Below are positions 1 through 12,300 of a DNA stretch of 64,000 nt, piece after piece. Each line of letters starts with the position of its first letter. Positions within the stretch are counted from its first letter, which is position 1. The stretch is from the NCBI RefSeq assembly GCF_964355755.1, contig NC_092673.1, positions 31,679,648-31,743,647 of the forward strand, given 5' to 3'. This DNA is from Antedon mediterranea (lineage: Eukaryota; Animalia; Echinodermata). The position numbers were made by a program, and so were the translations under genes. Under the pieces are notes generated by a model, which saw only the letters and a list, made by a program, of their open reading frames with translations, did no database searches and was not told the origin of the DNA.

Positions 1-310
1 GTTTGGATTTTAGTCATGCAACAGGGAAATTTAAGGCCGTGTTTCCGCAGCCAAAACAAAGTTATCGGTTAATTTGTTAACCAATAAAGTGCGCATGATC
101 AGTCATTACCAAACAACCAGATACCCAATCAGATCGCAACAATTTGTTCTCCAGGTTAAACATTATCGCATTTATCCGATAATTATCTGATTTGAATGAG
201 ATAATTATAGGTTAATTTTTCTCGAGTGGAATTGTTTAAGCCCCGTTTCCACAGGCAATTTATCGGTTAATTTAAATGGTTTAATGTTCTATTTGCCATA
301 TTTTTATAAG

Positions 311-3300
311 GTTTACTAATACGTTTTGAATCGCTGAAAGAAGAACATGAAGAGGTTAAACGTAAAGGTAGGTCACTATTTATTTATAGCAGTAATATTT
401 TTATTTGCTGTGAAAGCACTTATAATATGCTGTATTTGATTTCTTTGACTAGGTGCAGGAGACTTTGAAATGCAGGAAGAAGTAGTACTTGAACCATCTA
501 AAGGTTGGTGTCAAAGAAATACGTTCCTTTATTTTGTAACATACCAGAGTGTATCTTTGCCATTTGGCTACTTATCATGTATTTATTGCATTTATGTTGT
601 AACACTAGAAAAGCATAATTGTTTTAAATTGTTTGTATGATTTTGTTTCAATAATGGGAACTATACAAAAAGTGGAATCATTGGGAACAAGGCCATATAT
701 ATAATATACATGGCTACAGTCGCGAGCTCAAATTTGAGTTAGAGTTTACCGACCGACCATCCGACCGACATAGTGCGACATGCGACTAAAAGCAAAATTA
801 TAAATTAAATAGACTCAATTTAAAATTCTTATAAAATACATTAAAAATATGATAAAACATACAAATATTGCAACATTTAAAATACCGAATTGGATGCAAA
901 GTAGAGACATTATATGCCGCTCTCTACAGGCTGGTTTTCGGTGTCGCATTATTTATTGGCCTATTACGATACGACTCTTCCCTGATGTAACAAACTTGCT
1001 ATTAAATACATAAATAGAATTATAAACAAATGATTGTCGGCAACATTTAGTTTTTTTTGTTCAGAGTGATCAGTCTACCAGTTTGGCTAAGCTAAAAGAA
1101 TTTATTTAGAGGGTGATCGGAATCTTGACAAATTTTATTTACAGTTTTTACGATACGTCCCTTTCATGACGTGAAATAAGAGGTTCAAGGCTAATACCGA
1201 TGATTTTACTGTACCCATTTTAGCTAGTTTGATTTTTTCCCTTTGAGTTAGATTCGAGAACCAGGCAATAGAGCCGAATAAAAGAACACTTCTGATAACG
1301 CTATCAAATAAAGGTTAAGAATTTCACAAGTGATATTGAAGGTTTTAAATTTTCGGAGGAAAAACATTCTCTGACTTGCTCTTTTGGTTATGATAATGTG
1401 TTGGCTTCCCAGTTAAGGTTTTTATCAAGCATAACGCCAAGATACTTAAATTCCTCGACCATTTCAATATTTTGTTCATTGATAGTATTGGCAATTGGAA
1501 GTATTCTTTTTGAGCGTCTAAAGTAAAAAATGATCTCGTTAGTTTTAACAGGTCAGTCTAATAACCGAAAACGACCATAAACAATAAAAAAACAACCGAA
1601 AACAAAAATTTTAAAAATCTAAATACAGAAAACAAACTTGTATAATTTGTTTTAATGTCGCCCTCTACGTGTTTGTTTCTAAAGCTAAGACCATATGTGC
1701 CGGCTTAGCGCACCTGCCGCCGCATTTGAATAGTATTTTAGCACACGAATGACTCGTTAGGTATACGTAGTTCTAGTGGACGAATCACTATACATTCGTC
1801 ATATCATGCAAGGGATTGTATCGTGCGATGCTGGTGCATTTACAGTTGTTGTAAGTAGCTAAGTTCATAATAATGTATTACGATATACCGACTTAACTTA
1901 ACCTAAAATTGATCTTGATAGATTACTACTGTACGTTGTTATCTTAGTACATATAGGCCTATTATTTATGATAGCTTTCTCGCCGGCATTGGCTGGTGTG
2001 GTACTGTTTGTAGGTAACACTTCACATAGCCAGGATTTGCGTATTGTTTGCCCGATGGGCTTGGCTCCCGTGCTCTATTATTATTATTGTTATTGTTTCA
2101 GTTACCATATAACCGCTTTACATATTAAATTGTACGGATCCAAAGTGCTGTGTTCGTGTTGTATTATAACCGGTGTGGTTATCTGTCTGGATAGCGGGCA
2201 GCCGGTATCCGTGAGGCCAGAACAGTAAAACAACTATTTGTACATCGCATGAGAACCTCAGTGGAGATGTCTTCGAAAAAAAAAGCAGTAGAGCAAGTTC
2301 ACGACGCTTATCCGTGTATTCGCAGCTCGCATTGACAGCCGCAGAGGCTCGGGCAGACGCTGCAATGAAGAAGGCACGCCTAAACTATACAAAAGAAAAA
2401 AGCAAAGTCCAAGTAGAAGCAGCGAAGGCCAAGGCGGCATACCAATCGTTGCTGGATGAAGAGGCTGCTGCAGCTGCAGAGGCTAGGTCAAAGGTGCTTG
2501 ACCAAGAGCTTCTCGAACTCAATGTGGATGACTTCAGTGACGATTCCTTGGATGGTGTTCCTGCAGTTGAGCGTAACCGTCTCGTAGAACAATACTTAAA
2601 AAGCCTTCCTAACCAGACCAAACCGACTCATTCGACACCTAAGATGGCAGAGGCAAAAGCAGTTATTGGAGAAACCAAACTCGACTCATCAAAGGGGGAC
2701 GTTTCTGACTTTCTTCAAGGCATGATGCATATATACGCTCGTCGGGATCTCGTCACGGCTTGTATACCAAACTTCGACGACCAACCTGAAAGTTTCCGGG
2801 CATGGAAGTTATCGTTCCAGAACGCAATCCAGGATATTCCTGTGACGCCATCGGAACAGATTGACCTCATTCTAAAGTATACTGGACCTGAATCAACCGA
2901 GATCGTACGGAGTGCAAGGGCTTTTCACATTTCCAACCCAGCTAAGGGATTGTCTGTTGTATGGGATCGGCTAGAAGAAAAGTATGGTACTCCCGAAATA
3001 GTAACTACAGCTCTAATTAATAAGCTGCTTAATTTTCCAGATATACCGAAAAGTCAGTACGAGCAACTGAGGAGGTTTGGAGATGCTATCCAAATGGTAC
3101 AGCAAGCAAGAATTGATGGTGGTCTTCCCGGACTTGACTATTTAGATACATTTCTAGGCGTCAATCCTCTGGTGTCAAAGATGTCACGAGATCTTCAGGA
3201 GAAGTGGCGTTCTCGAGCCTTCCGTTACAAGCAAGACTCGGATGGTAAATTCCCACCATTTTCATTTTTCTCCAAGTTTGTTACAGAAGTGGCTAAAGAA

Positions 3301-6300
3301 CGAAACGACAGGAGCCTGATGCTCTCCGACGCCGTGGAACAGGGGAAACAGAGTAACCCGAAAAGATCGACTACGCCCAAAGCTACCTACCATGCTAATA
3401 TCCTGGCTAAGTTGACAGGTGTTGACAAAACCAACGATACCGACGTCGATGTCGAGACGAAGTGTCCCATTCACAAGACTCCTCATCATCTGTTGCGTGA
3501 TTGTAGAGCTTTCCTCAAGATGTCTACCGATGTGAAACGAGCACTACTGAGAGAATTGGGGTATTGCCTCCGGTGCATCGCATCTACTTCACACGTAGCT
3601 AGGCAGTGTAAAGCCGACATCGAATGTTTATTGTGTGGTAGCAAACGGCACCTGGACGCCCTGCATGCAGATAAGCCGAATACAGAAACCAGCCAGCAAA
3701 GCGGGGAGCAAGTCAACATTCCTACTGATGATAAAGGCGCCCAAGGCAACGTTTTCGCTAATAAGTGCACCAAGATATGCCACAACGTGCCGACAGCAAG
3801 GTCCTGTTCCAAGATATTTTTGGCTTGTGTGTATTTGAAGGGCATGCCTGAGACGGCTATTACCACTTATATTGTCTTGGACGAGCAGAGTAACAGGTCA
3901 CTCACTAGGTCTAAGCTGTTCGACTTGATGAAGATCGATGGAGCGCCAGTTCCATACACACTTAAGACTTGTTCGGGCGTTACAAGCACATCTGGTCGTC
4001 GTCTCACTGGACTCGTCATCGAATCGAATAGTGGTGTATGTATACCTGCTCCGCCGTTAATCGAATGCAACGTCATTCCTGATTGTAAGACGGAGATACC
4101 TACTCCAGAGGTAGCTGAATGTCATCCGCATCTGAAGTCCATTGCTAAGGAAATCCCAAATCTCGACCCTGACGCAGACATATTAATCCTCCTGGGACGT
4201 GACATACCGCAAGTTCATAAAGTGCGTGAAGTGCGTAACGGCCGAGATGCTGCTCCGTGGGGCCAGCGATTGGACCTCGGATGGGTGGTAATGGTAGAAG
4301 TCTGCGTAGGGAAATCACATCATAGCACCAACATTAACACGTTTCAAACCCACACCATGCCTACTGGACGACCTTCATGTTTCAACCCTTGTACTAACCT
4401 CTTCGGAATTTCTCATCATCCACCTGTATATTCAGACCATGTAGGGTGCGACGTCTTCAACCTCTCAAAACATGACAATAAGATTGGTAGCTCTACGGAA
4501 GATAGGCAGTTCTTGAAGGTAATGGAATCTGGGTTTGTGAAAGGCGTTACAGGCAACTGGGTAGCACCACTTCCATTCCGTTCGTCAAGGCCTACGTTAC
4601 CCGACAACCGACGTACCTTGCTGAAGTCCTTTTCACGAAAGCCTAAGATGAAACAGCAATATCTTCAGTTTATGACTACTATGTAGGTAAAGGGTCATGC
4701 GGAGCAAGTTATTACAGGTTGCTTACCCAAAGAACGATGGTACCTCCCACATTTCGGAGTGTACCACCCGAAAAAGTCGGACAAAATCCGCGTCGTGTTC
4801 GACTCAAGTGCTAAATATCGGGGTGTATCGCTAAACAGTGTGCTGATAACCGGACCCGACCTCGTCAACAGCCTAATCGGCGTTCTAATTTGGTCTCGAG
4901 AAGATACAGTTGCCTTTATAGCAGATATAGAGCAAATGTTTCATTCTTTCCATGTGAAGGAACAGCATCGTGATTACTTGAGATTCCTGTGGTTTAGGAA
5001 TAACGACCCGGAAAGTGATATTGTGGATTACAGAATGAAGGTTCATATATTTGGAAACGCACCGTCGCCTGCTGTTGCCACATTCGGATTGCGCAAAACT
5101 GCTCAAGTTGCATCAGAAAGGTTTGGCGAAGATGCTCGAAAGTTTGTGGAACACAATTTCTACGTTGAAGACGGCCTGAAGTCCCTCCCAACTCCAACAG
5201 ATGCTATTGACTTGTTGAAACGTACACAGTCGATGTTGTTAACCGGTCAGTTGAGACTCCACAAAATTGCATCTAATAGCCTCGAGGTGATGAATGCGTT
5301 TCCAGGCGAAGACCACGCTGGAGATCTACGGGATCTCGACTTTCCATCACAAGAACCTCCCATTCAAAGGTCACTGGGAGTGTATTGGGACATTAAGCGT
5401 GATGACTTCACCTTCAAGATTAGTCCAGTCGAGCGACCCTTCACCAAACGAGGAGCATTAGCCGAAATCAACAGCATCTACGACCCTTTTGGCATTGCCG
5501 CACCAGTTTTAATTGAAGGTAAATGGCTGTTGCGTGAGATGACAAGGGATAGTTCACTTGATTGGGATGATCCCTTACCAGAGCAAACACTATCTACATG
5601 GCGCAACTGTCTGCTTTTGTTACCTACCCTGTCGGAGGTGCGCATCCCTCGTGCATATACACCTGTTCCTACTACTGAAGCGACCAGGCGGGAACTACAC
5701 ACGTTCGTTGATGCTTCCACCCAAGCTATCGGTGCTGTCAGCTATCTCCGGGTTTCCGACAAAAGTAGAAACGTCTACGTAAGCTTTGTTTTCGGGAAGG
5801 CGAAGTTAGCACCCAAACAAGCAACAACGGTGCCGAGGCTCGAACTGTGCGCCGCAGTGTTAGGTGCTGGCATAGCAGAGCTCATTGCAGACGAACTAGA
5901 CCTGAAACTGGACAGGATGGTTTTTTACTCGGACAGCCGTGTGGTACTTGGATATATTTCAAATCAAACAAGAAGATTTTATGTATATGTTAGCAACAGA
6001 GTAGAACGTATTCTCAGAACCACACAACCAGCCCAATGGCGATACATCGAATCCGGGAAAAATCCAGCCGATCTTGCTTCGAGAGGCATTTCTGCCTCAG
6101 ATCCGACGTTGTCGGAATGGATGATTGGTCCTGCGTTTCTCCGTAACCAGTATCTTCACTTGAATTCAGCCGACGAATATCCAGTCCTAGAAGAAGATCC
6201 CGAAGTTCGGCCAGTGGTTCACACGTACGCTACGGTGGCCAAACCTAAAGTCACCACGATTGGATCGGAGCGATTTCAAAGGTTCTCTGATTGGTTCAGA

Positions 6301-9300
6301 CTTTTACGAGCAGTTTCTAACTTGGTTCATATAACACGTTCATTTTCCCACAGACATACCAAACCAGATGGGTGCAAAGGTTGGCACATATGTGCATCAT
6401 CTACGACACTGGATGACTCAAGCCGAATTGTTATAGGCGCCAGCCAACGCGCTGTCTTTGCAGATGAGCTGGAGTTTCTGGAGAGTGGTAATCCGCTGCC
6501 TAAGTCAAGTGCACTCATCAAGTTGGACCCTTTCATAGACGAAAATGGACTTCTCCGAGTTGGCGGTCGTCTTAAGAACGGTGGGATGGGAGAGCTGGAC
6601 ACACACCCGATAATTATACCAGGGTCACATCACGTGTCCGACTTAATCATTCAATATTACCATGCACAAGTCCAACATCAGGGAAAGCATTTCACGCGAG
6701 GAGCTATTAGAAGTGCTGGATACTGGATTGTGGCGGAGAAACGAAGGGTCGACAGTATCATTAGCAAGTGTATCAAGTGCCGGAAGCGTAGAGGCAAGGA
6801 ACTGGGTCAAAAGATGGCGGACTTGCCAGCTGAGCGCTTGTCCATGGCCCCTCCTTTTACGTACGTTGGCCTAGATGTATTTGGACCATGGATAGTGTCA
6901 TCACGTAAAACGAGAGGAGGTATGGCGAGAGCAAAACGTTGGGCTGTACTGTTTACATGTATGTCTTGCCGTGCCATTCATATTGAGATTACAGAGTCTA
7001 TGGACACGTCAAGCTTCATCAACGCCTTGCGGAGATTCCTTGCCATTCGTGGACCAGTAAGTCAGATTCGATCAGACTGTGGCACAAACTTCATGGGAAC
7101 GTGTAACGAGATTGGTATACTTGGCACCGATGGTGGAGTCAAGAAATACCTGTGAGTGGTTGTTTAATCCTCCCCATTCCTCCCATATGGGCGGAACATG
7201 GGAAAGGATGATTTGCATATGCAGACGCATCCTAGATTCTATGTTTGCCGACTTAGGACCTATCCAGCTGTCACATGAGGTTCTGACGACACTTATGGCA
7301 GAAGTTACGGCGATTGTGAACTCAAGACCGCTTACGCCGATACCAAGTGATCCACAATCTCCTGATGTGCTAACACCAAATATGATTTTGACTCAAAAGT
7401 CTAATCACGTGAGGGCCCTCTTGGTATCCGTTTTACCAAGAACGACTTAGTTGGAAAGCAATGGCGGAGGGTGCAATACCTGGCCGATACGTTTTGGTCC
7501 AGGTGGAAGAAAGAATATCTTCCCCTTCTACACGGTAGAAGGAAATGGCATCGTGTAAGACGATGTCTGAAGGAGGGCGACCTCGTCCTAATGAAGGAAA
7601 GGGCAATTCATCGAAATAATTGGCCAATGGCAAGAGTCACAAGCACTCTTGAAAGTAGTGACAAATTGGTGAGGAAGGTGGAATTAAAAGTGAGCCGAGA
7701 TGGTTCAACCAAGCTGCTTTCTAGACCAAGCCATGAACTGGTGTTACTGATTCCGGTAGAAGATATGGAGTGAAGGATTGTACGGTGTAAAATATCATGT
7801 TCATTCCTTTAAGAAGCAGAATTTTAGTTCAATAATTAATATGTTTTTCATATGTAATTTTTAAAAGTAGTGGTATACTTTGTATACCAAACGGGGAGTG
7901 TGCCGGCTTAGAGCACCTGCCGCCGTAAAGCGTGGCTCATTTGAATAGTATTTTAGCACACGAATGACTCGTTAGGTATACGTAGTTCTATTGGACGAAT
8001 CACTATACATTCGTCATATCATGCAAGGGATTGTATCGTGCGATGCTGGTGCATTTACAGTTGTTGTAAGTAGCTAAGTTTATAATAATGTATTACGATA
8101 TACCGACTTAACTTAACCTAAAATTGATCTTGATAGATTACTACTGTACGTTGTTATCTTAGTACATATAGGCCTATTATTTATGATAGCTTTCTCGCCG
8201 GCATTGGCTGGTGTGGTACTGTTTGTAGGTAACACTTCACATAGCCGGAATTTGCGTATTGTGTGCCCGATGGGCTTGGCTCCCGTGCTCTATTATTATT
8301 GTTATTGTTTCAGTTACCATATAACCGCTTTACATATTAAATTGTACGGATCCAAAGTGCTGTGTTCGTGTTGTATTGTAACCGGTGTGGTTATCTGTCT
8401 GGATAGCGGGCAGCCGGTATCGGTGAGGCCAGAACAGAGAACCTCAGTGGAGATGTCTTCGAAAAAAAAAGCAGTAGAGCAAGTTCACGACGCTTATCCG
8501 TGTATTCGCAGCTCGCATTGACAGCCGCAGAGGCTCGGGCAGACGCTGCAATGAAGAAGGCACGCCTAAACTATACAAAAGAAAAAAGCAAAGTCCAAGT
8601 AGAACCAGCGAAGGCCAAGGCGGCATACCAATCGTTGCTGGATGAAGAGGCTGCTGCAGCTGCAGAGGCTAGGTCAAAGGTGCTTGACCAAGAGCTTCTC
8701 GAACTCAATGTGGATGACTTCAGTGACGATTCCTTGGATGGTGTTTTTTAATGTTGCCCTCTATTGATGGGTGTTTCTAAAGACCATAACAGAGAGAAGA
8801 CCATGCGCGCAAAAGCCAAGGAAGACCCTACGAAATGGTAGTGTTCACAAAATACAACTAAAAAGAGTACAAACTCAATGATAACACCGTACATTTACTT
8901 ACAGAATCTGTAAACATATTTTGATTTTAGTCTTTCGATTTTTTATCCAGAAACCAACGCAGCTACTCCTCACACACACACACAGAATACAGATAATCAT
9001 GATCAATTTAATCATAGATTTTCAAAAGAATATTAATATTAGGGACTAGTAAGTGTACTTAAAACAAGCTCATGATAATGACATCTGTTCAGTAAAATTA
9101 CCATAGTCGAGTTATAAAATATAAAATATCATTTTTATCCTTAATCACTTGAAAATGTGCGCATAAGCAATGCTATAGGTAAAATCATGCTTTGTTTTTG
9201 AAAATCGAAAAACTAAAAACGAAATGTGTTTGTAAATGTAAGGTGTTATCATTGAAGTTGTAAGATTTTTAGTTGTATTTTGTGCACAATACCATTTCGT

Positions 9301-12300
9301 AGTGTCTTCCCTTGGCAACTGTGCACGCGGCCTTCTCTCTGCATGGTCTTAGCTTTAGAAATCATCAATAGAGGGCGACAAAATATTATACAAATTTGTT
9401 TTCAGTATTTAGATTTTGTAAAATTTTATTTTCGGTTTGTTTTCGGTTGTTTATAGTTGTTTTCGGTAATTAGACTGACCCGTTTTAACTGTATTTAAGG
9501 TTAGGTAAATATTACCACACCATGTGGCAAAATCAGTTATTGACTGACTATAGTTTAATTCATTATTAGGCCCATCCTTAATAGATCCAGTTATAACACT
9601 GTCATCGGCATACTTAATTTAACAGCAGCAAATTTAATTTTAAACTCATTTGTATATATGCTGAACAGAAAATTAACTTAATATTAAATTGCACAAAAAA
9701 TCTATTTGAACAAATGGACAACCTGACTTTTGGATGAAACACCTTAAATCACCGTTGAATGCCAACAATTTACAATTTAAATGTCAAGGCTAAGTAGTGT
9801 TTTAGTATTCATTAAATTAAAATAACTTTTTTAATTTTTTTACAAATTTATATTTTGATACTAAGGTCAACTAAAAAAGTATGAAAAGCTTAAAGAAGAA
9901 CTTCAAAGAAATCTTGATTCAAGGAAAGAACGTAAGTTTAAAGACTTGTTGTCCCTCTGAAAAAAAATGATTCACTTTGAGCAAAAATAGGTGAAACAGG
10001 TGATAGCTTTTTCTATCCAAAATGTTTTGTTGTTGTTAAAATATACTAAAATATACTAAAATATAGGCCTATACAGATATTAGTATCTAAAATCTACCTT
10101 GGGTTGTTTATTAGTAATTACTTATTTTCCATAAATTCAAAATGGCTGCCATTTGAAAAATTTTCCTTAATTTTCTCTTTAACCACTAAGTTTGTTGTAA
10201 AGAATGTTTTAAACACATACAAACATTATCCTTAAAATTCAGAATAACTAATTTAATTTTGCCTTTGAGTCTAGGTCAAAGGTCAATTTATTACACTATA
10301 CACAATTATTTTATATCTTAGTATTAAGAATGTATTAGGTACAAATATAAATGTGGCCTTAAAGCTTTAAAATAACATTTAATCTGTGCTTTCTTCTGGA
10401 GATACAATGTTAAAGGTCAAAGGCTTAAATGACCCCCACACTTTTTTTTTAATTATTGAATAAGCCATTTTAATGTTACAATAGTTAATCACTTTGACAA
10501 AAAAATTGATGGAAACGAAAAATTATTTAACCTAATAAAATCATAATTTAAAAAAAGAGTAGTAAACTGGAAGCCCATTTTCTGAAATTCAATGGGTTTG
10601 TATTTGATTTACTGTTTTTAATTTTTTTAAGCTAAATCATTATTTTTTTAATAACCTAATTAAAACTACAAAGGGACTACAGAAAGGGATGTGATATCCA
10701 TTATAATATCCAAAGAATTTAGATTTTCACTCCGATGAAGTACATGGTGACTGAGTTGTTCCATCCAACCCAATATATTTATAGAAAAGACAACTTCAAA
10801 GAAGGGACACAGACAAGGCTATCAAGTTGTTTGATAGCCTTGCATACCAGACTAATGAAAGTGGTCTATTCTGTTGGCCAGGGAAAGATTAACAAAAATC
10901 AGGAGACACCTCATCTTGTGATTAAGTTCTGGACATGGGCACAAGTTTGAGCATTGAAGTAGTGAAGGGAAAAACAGGTTAAAAGCAACAAAATACAGTA
11001 CATGGGATATGAGAGGTCTACACTACGTACATTTTTTTATATCTTTATGTATGCCTACCTATATCCAGTGAACAAAAAAATCGATGTTACGTTATCATAT
11101 GGCTAGTCAAAGTTAAACAGTACAGTAGTTTTTTTCATTTCCTCCTTCAAAATTATACAAATTTCAAGAGGCGCGCACCACGCTTCTACGTGTCCAATTT
11201 TCTTTCAAGACTTGTATCCTTTTGCTCAAATCATTTTCTTCCGAAATTGTCATCTTCATGTTTAATTTTGATAATGTCATCATACAAAAAATTAGAACAT
11301 ATGTGAGTTCCGTAATTTCACCTATGCTACAGTACGCTGTATATAGATATATAGTATACAGTATACTGACAGTAAATAATATTCTATATGACACATAATT
11401 GGCACAACTCAGCACTAGTGTATAATGCATCAGGTCATAGGATGGCACACGTCAACATTTTCAATCGTATTTTAACGTACGTGCATCGTTTTGTGACGAA
11501 TTAAATTATAGTTATTAATTTACTGTATTTTTGTTGTTGTTCTCATACATTCTTACAGAGTTGATAGAAAAATATCTCCTTACACAACAGCAGCGCTACA
11601 TATTTACACCACAACTTCAGAATCCGGGTTCCATGGTTGATGTAAAAGACATTTTCTTGGATTTGGCCATGTGGAAGAAAAAGAAAAATGAACCAATAAC
11701 ACTAGGTGGTATGTTAGATTTGATCAAATCCACACCTGCATGTAAGGTTCTTGTGGAAGGCGAAGCTGGCACAGGTAAAACAACCTTATTAAGGTACTTG
11801 GCATATAACACTACTAAGCATTCAATTAAAGCTTTTGAAGGTAAAATTGTATTTCTGTTGAACATAAGAGAGTTAGATGTAAATGATAACATCTTTGATT
11901 TGGTTGTAAAGCAACTGGATATGGAAGACTTTAGTATGAAAACCAATCTTCCACAAGATTCAAAGTCAATTGAACAGTTCATAGTAAAGCATGATGATAA
12001 AATGGTCTTGATGTTAGATGGGTTAGATGAATTAAGGTTTAAGAATACAAGCTTGATTAGACTTTTCAGAAAGGAAAACTTAGGAAAGAGTGTTGTGATA
12101 CTTACATCAAGATCAGGGAATCTTAATGAATTCACAAAAGTAAGTGATTTACATGTTAGAGTTAGTGGATTTAAGGAATATGCTATGGGAATGTATATTG
12201 ACAAATACTTTGAGTATCAACCACAATTGGGATTATCCCTGAGAAAGAAATTGGGTATTGGCAAACAGGTTTGGGATCGTAGACATGCAGAAGTTTATTC

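Larger units (their letters stand above)
1696..8436 (+). mobile_element. BEL/Pao LTR retrotransposon, full length but degenerate, inside an NLR-A intron
   Basis: Two TG...CA LTRs (1696-2224, 7899-8436), purine tract aaacggggag before the 3' LTR, gag-PR-RT-RNaseH-IN domain order with Pao-type motifs. Confidence 0.95.
1550..9481. mobile_element. Non-autonomous foldback DNA transposon (MITE) interrupted by a BEL/Pao retrotransposon
   Basis: TIRs ggtcagtctaa(t/a)taccgaaaa at both ends, 8-bp TSD gttttaac (1542-1549 and 9482-9489). An uninterrupted family member lies at 27474-28504. Confidence 0.85.

Noticed and set aside
1968-2228. 86-aa ORF, and its 112-aa twin at 8183-8521
   Set aside because: Lies within the LTRs, has no recognisable domain and spans a TAT microsatellite
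4684-4686. Programmed stop-codon readthrough between gag and pol
   Set aside because: The TAG falls after the protease, at the start of the RT region. BEL/Pao elements normally have a single ORF and this copy has other lesions, so a nonsense mutation is simpler
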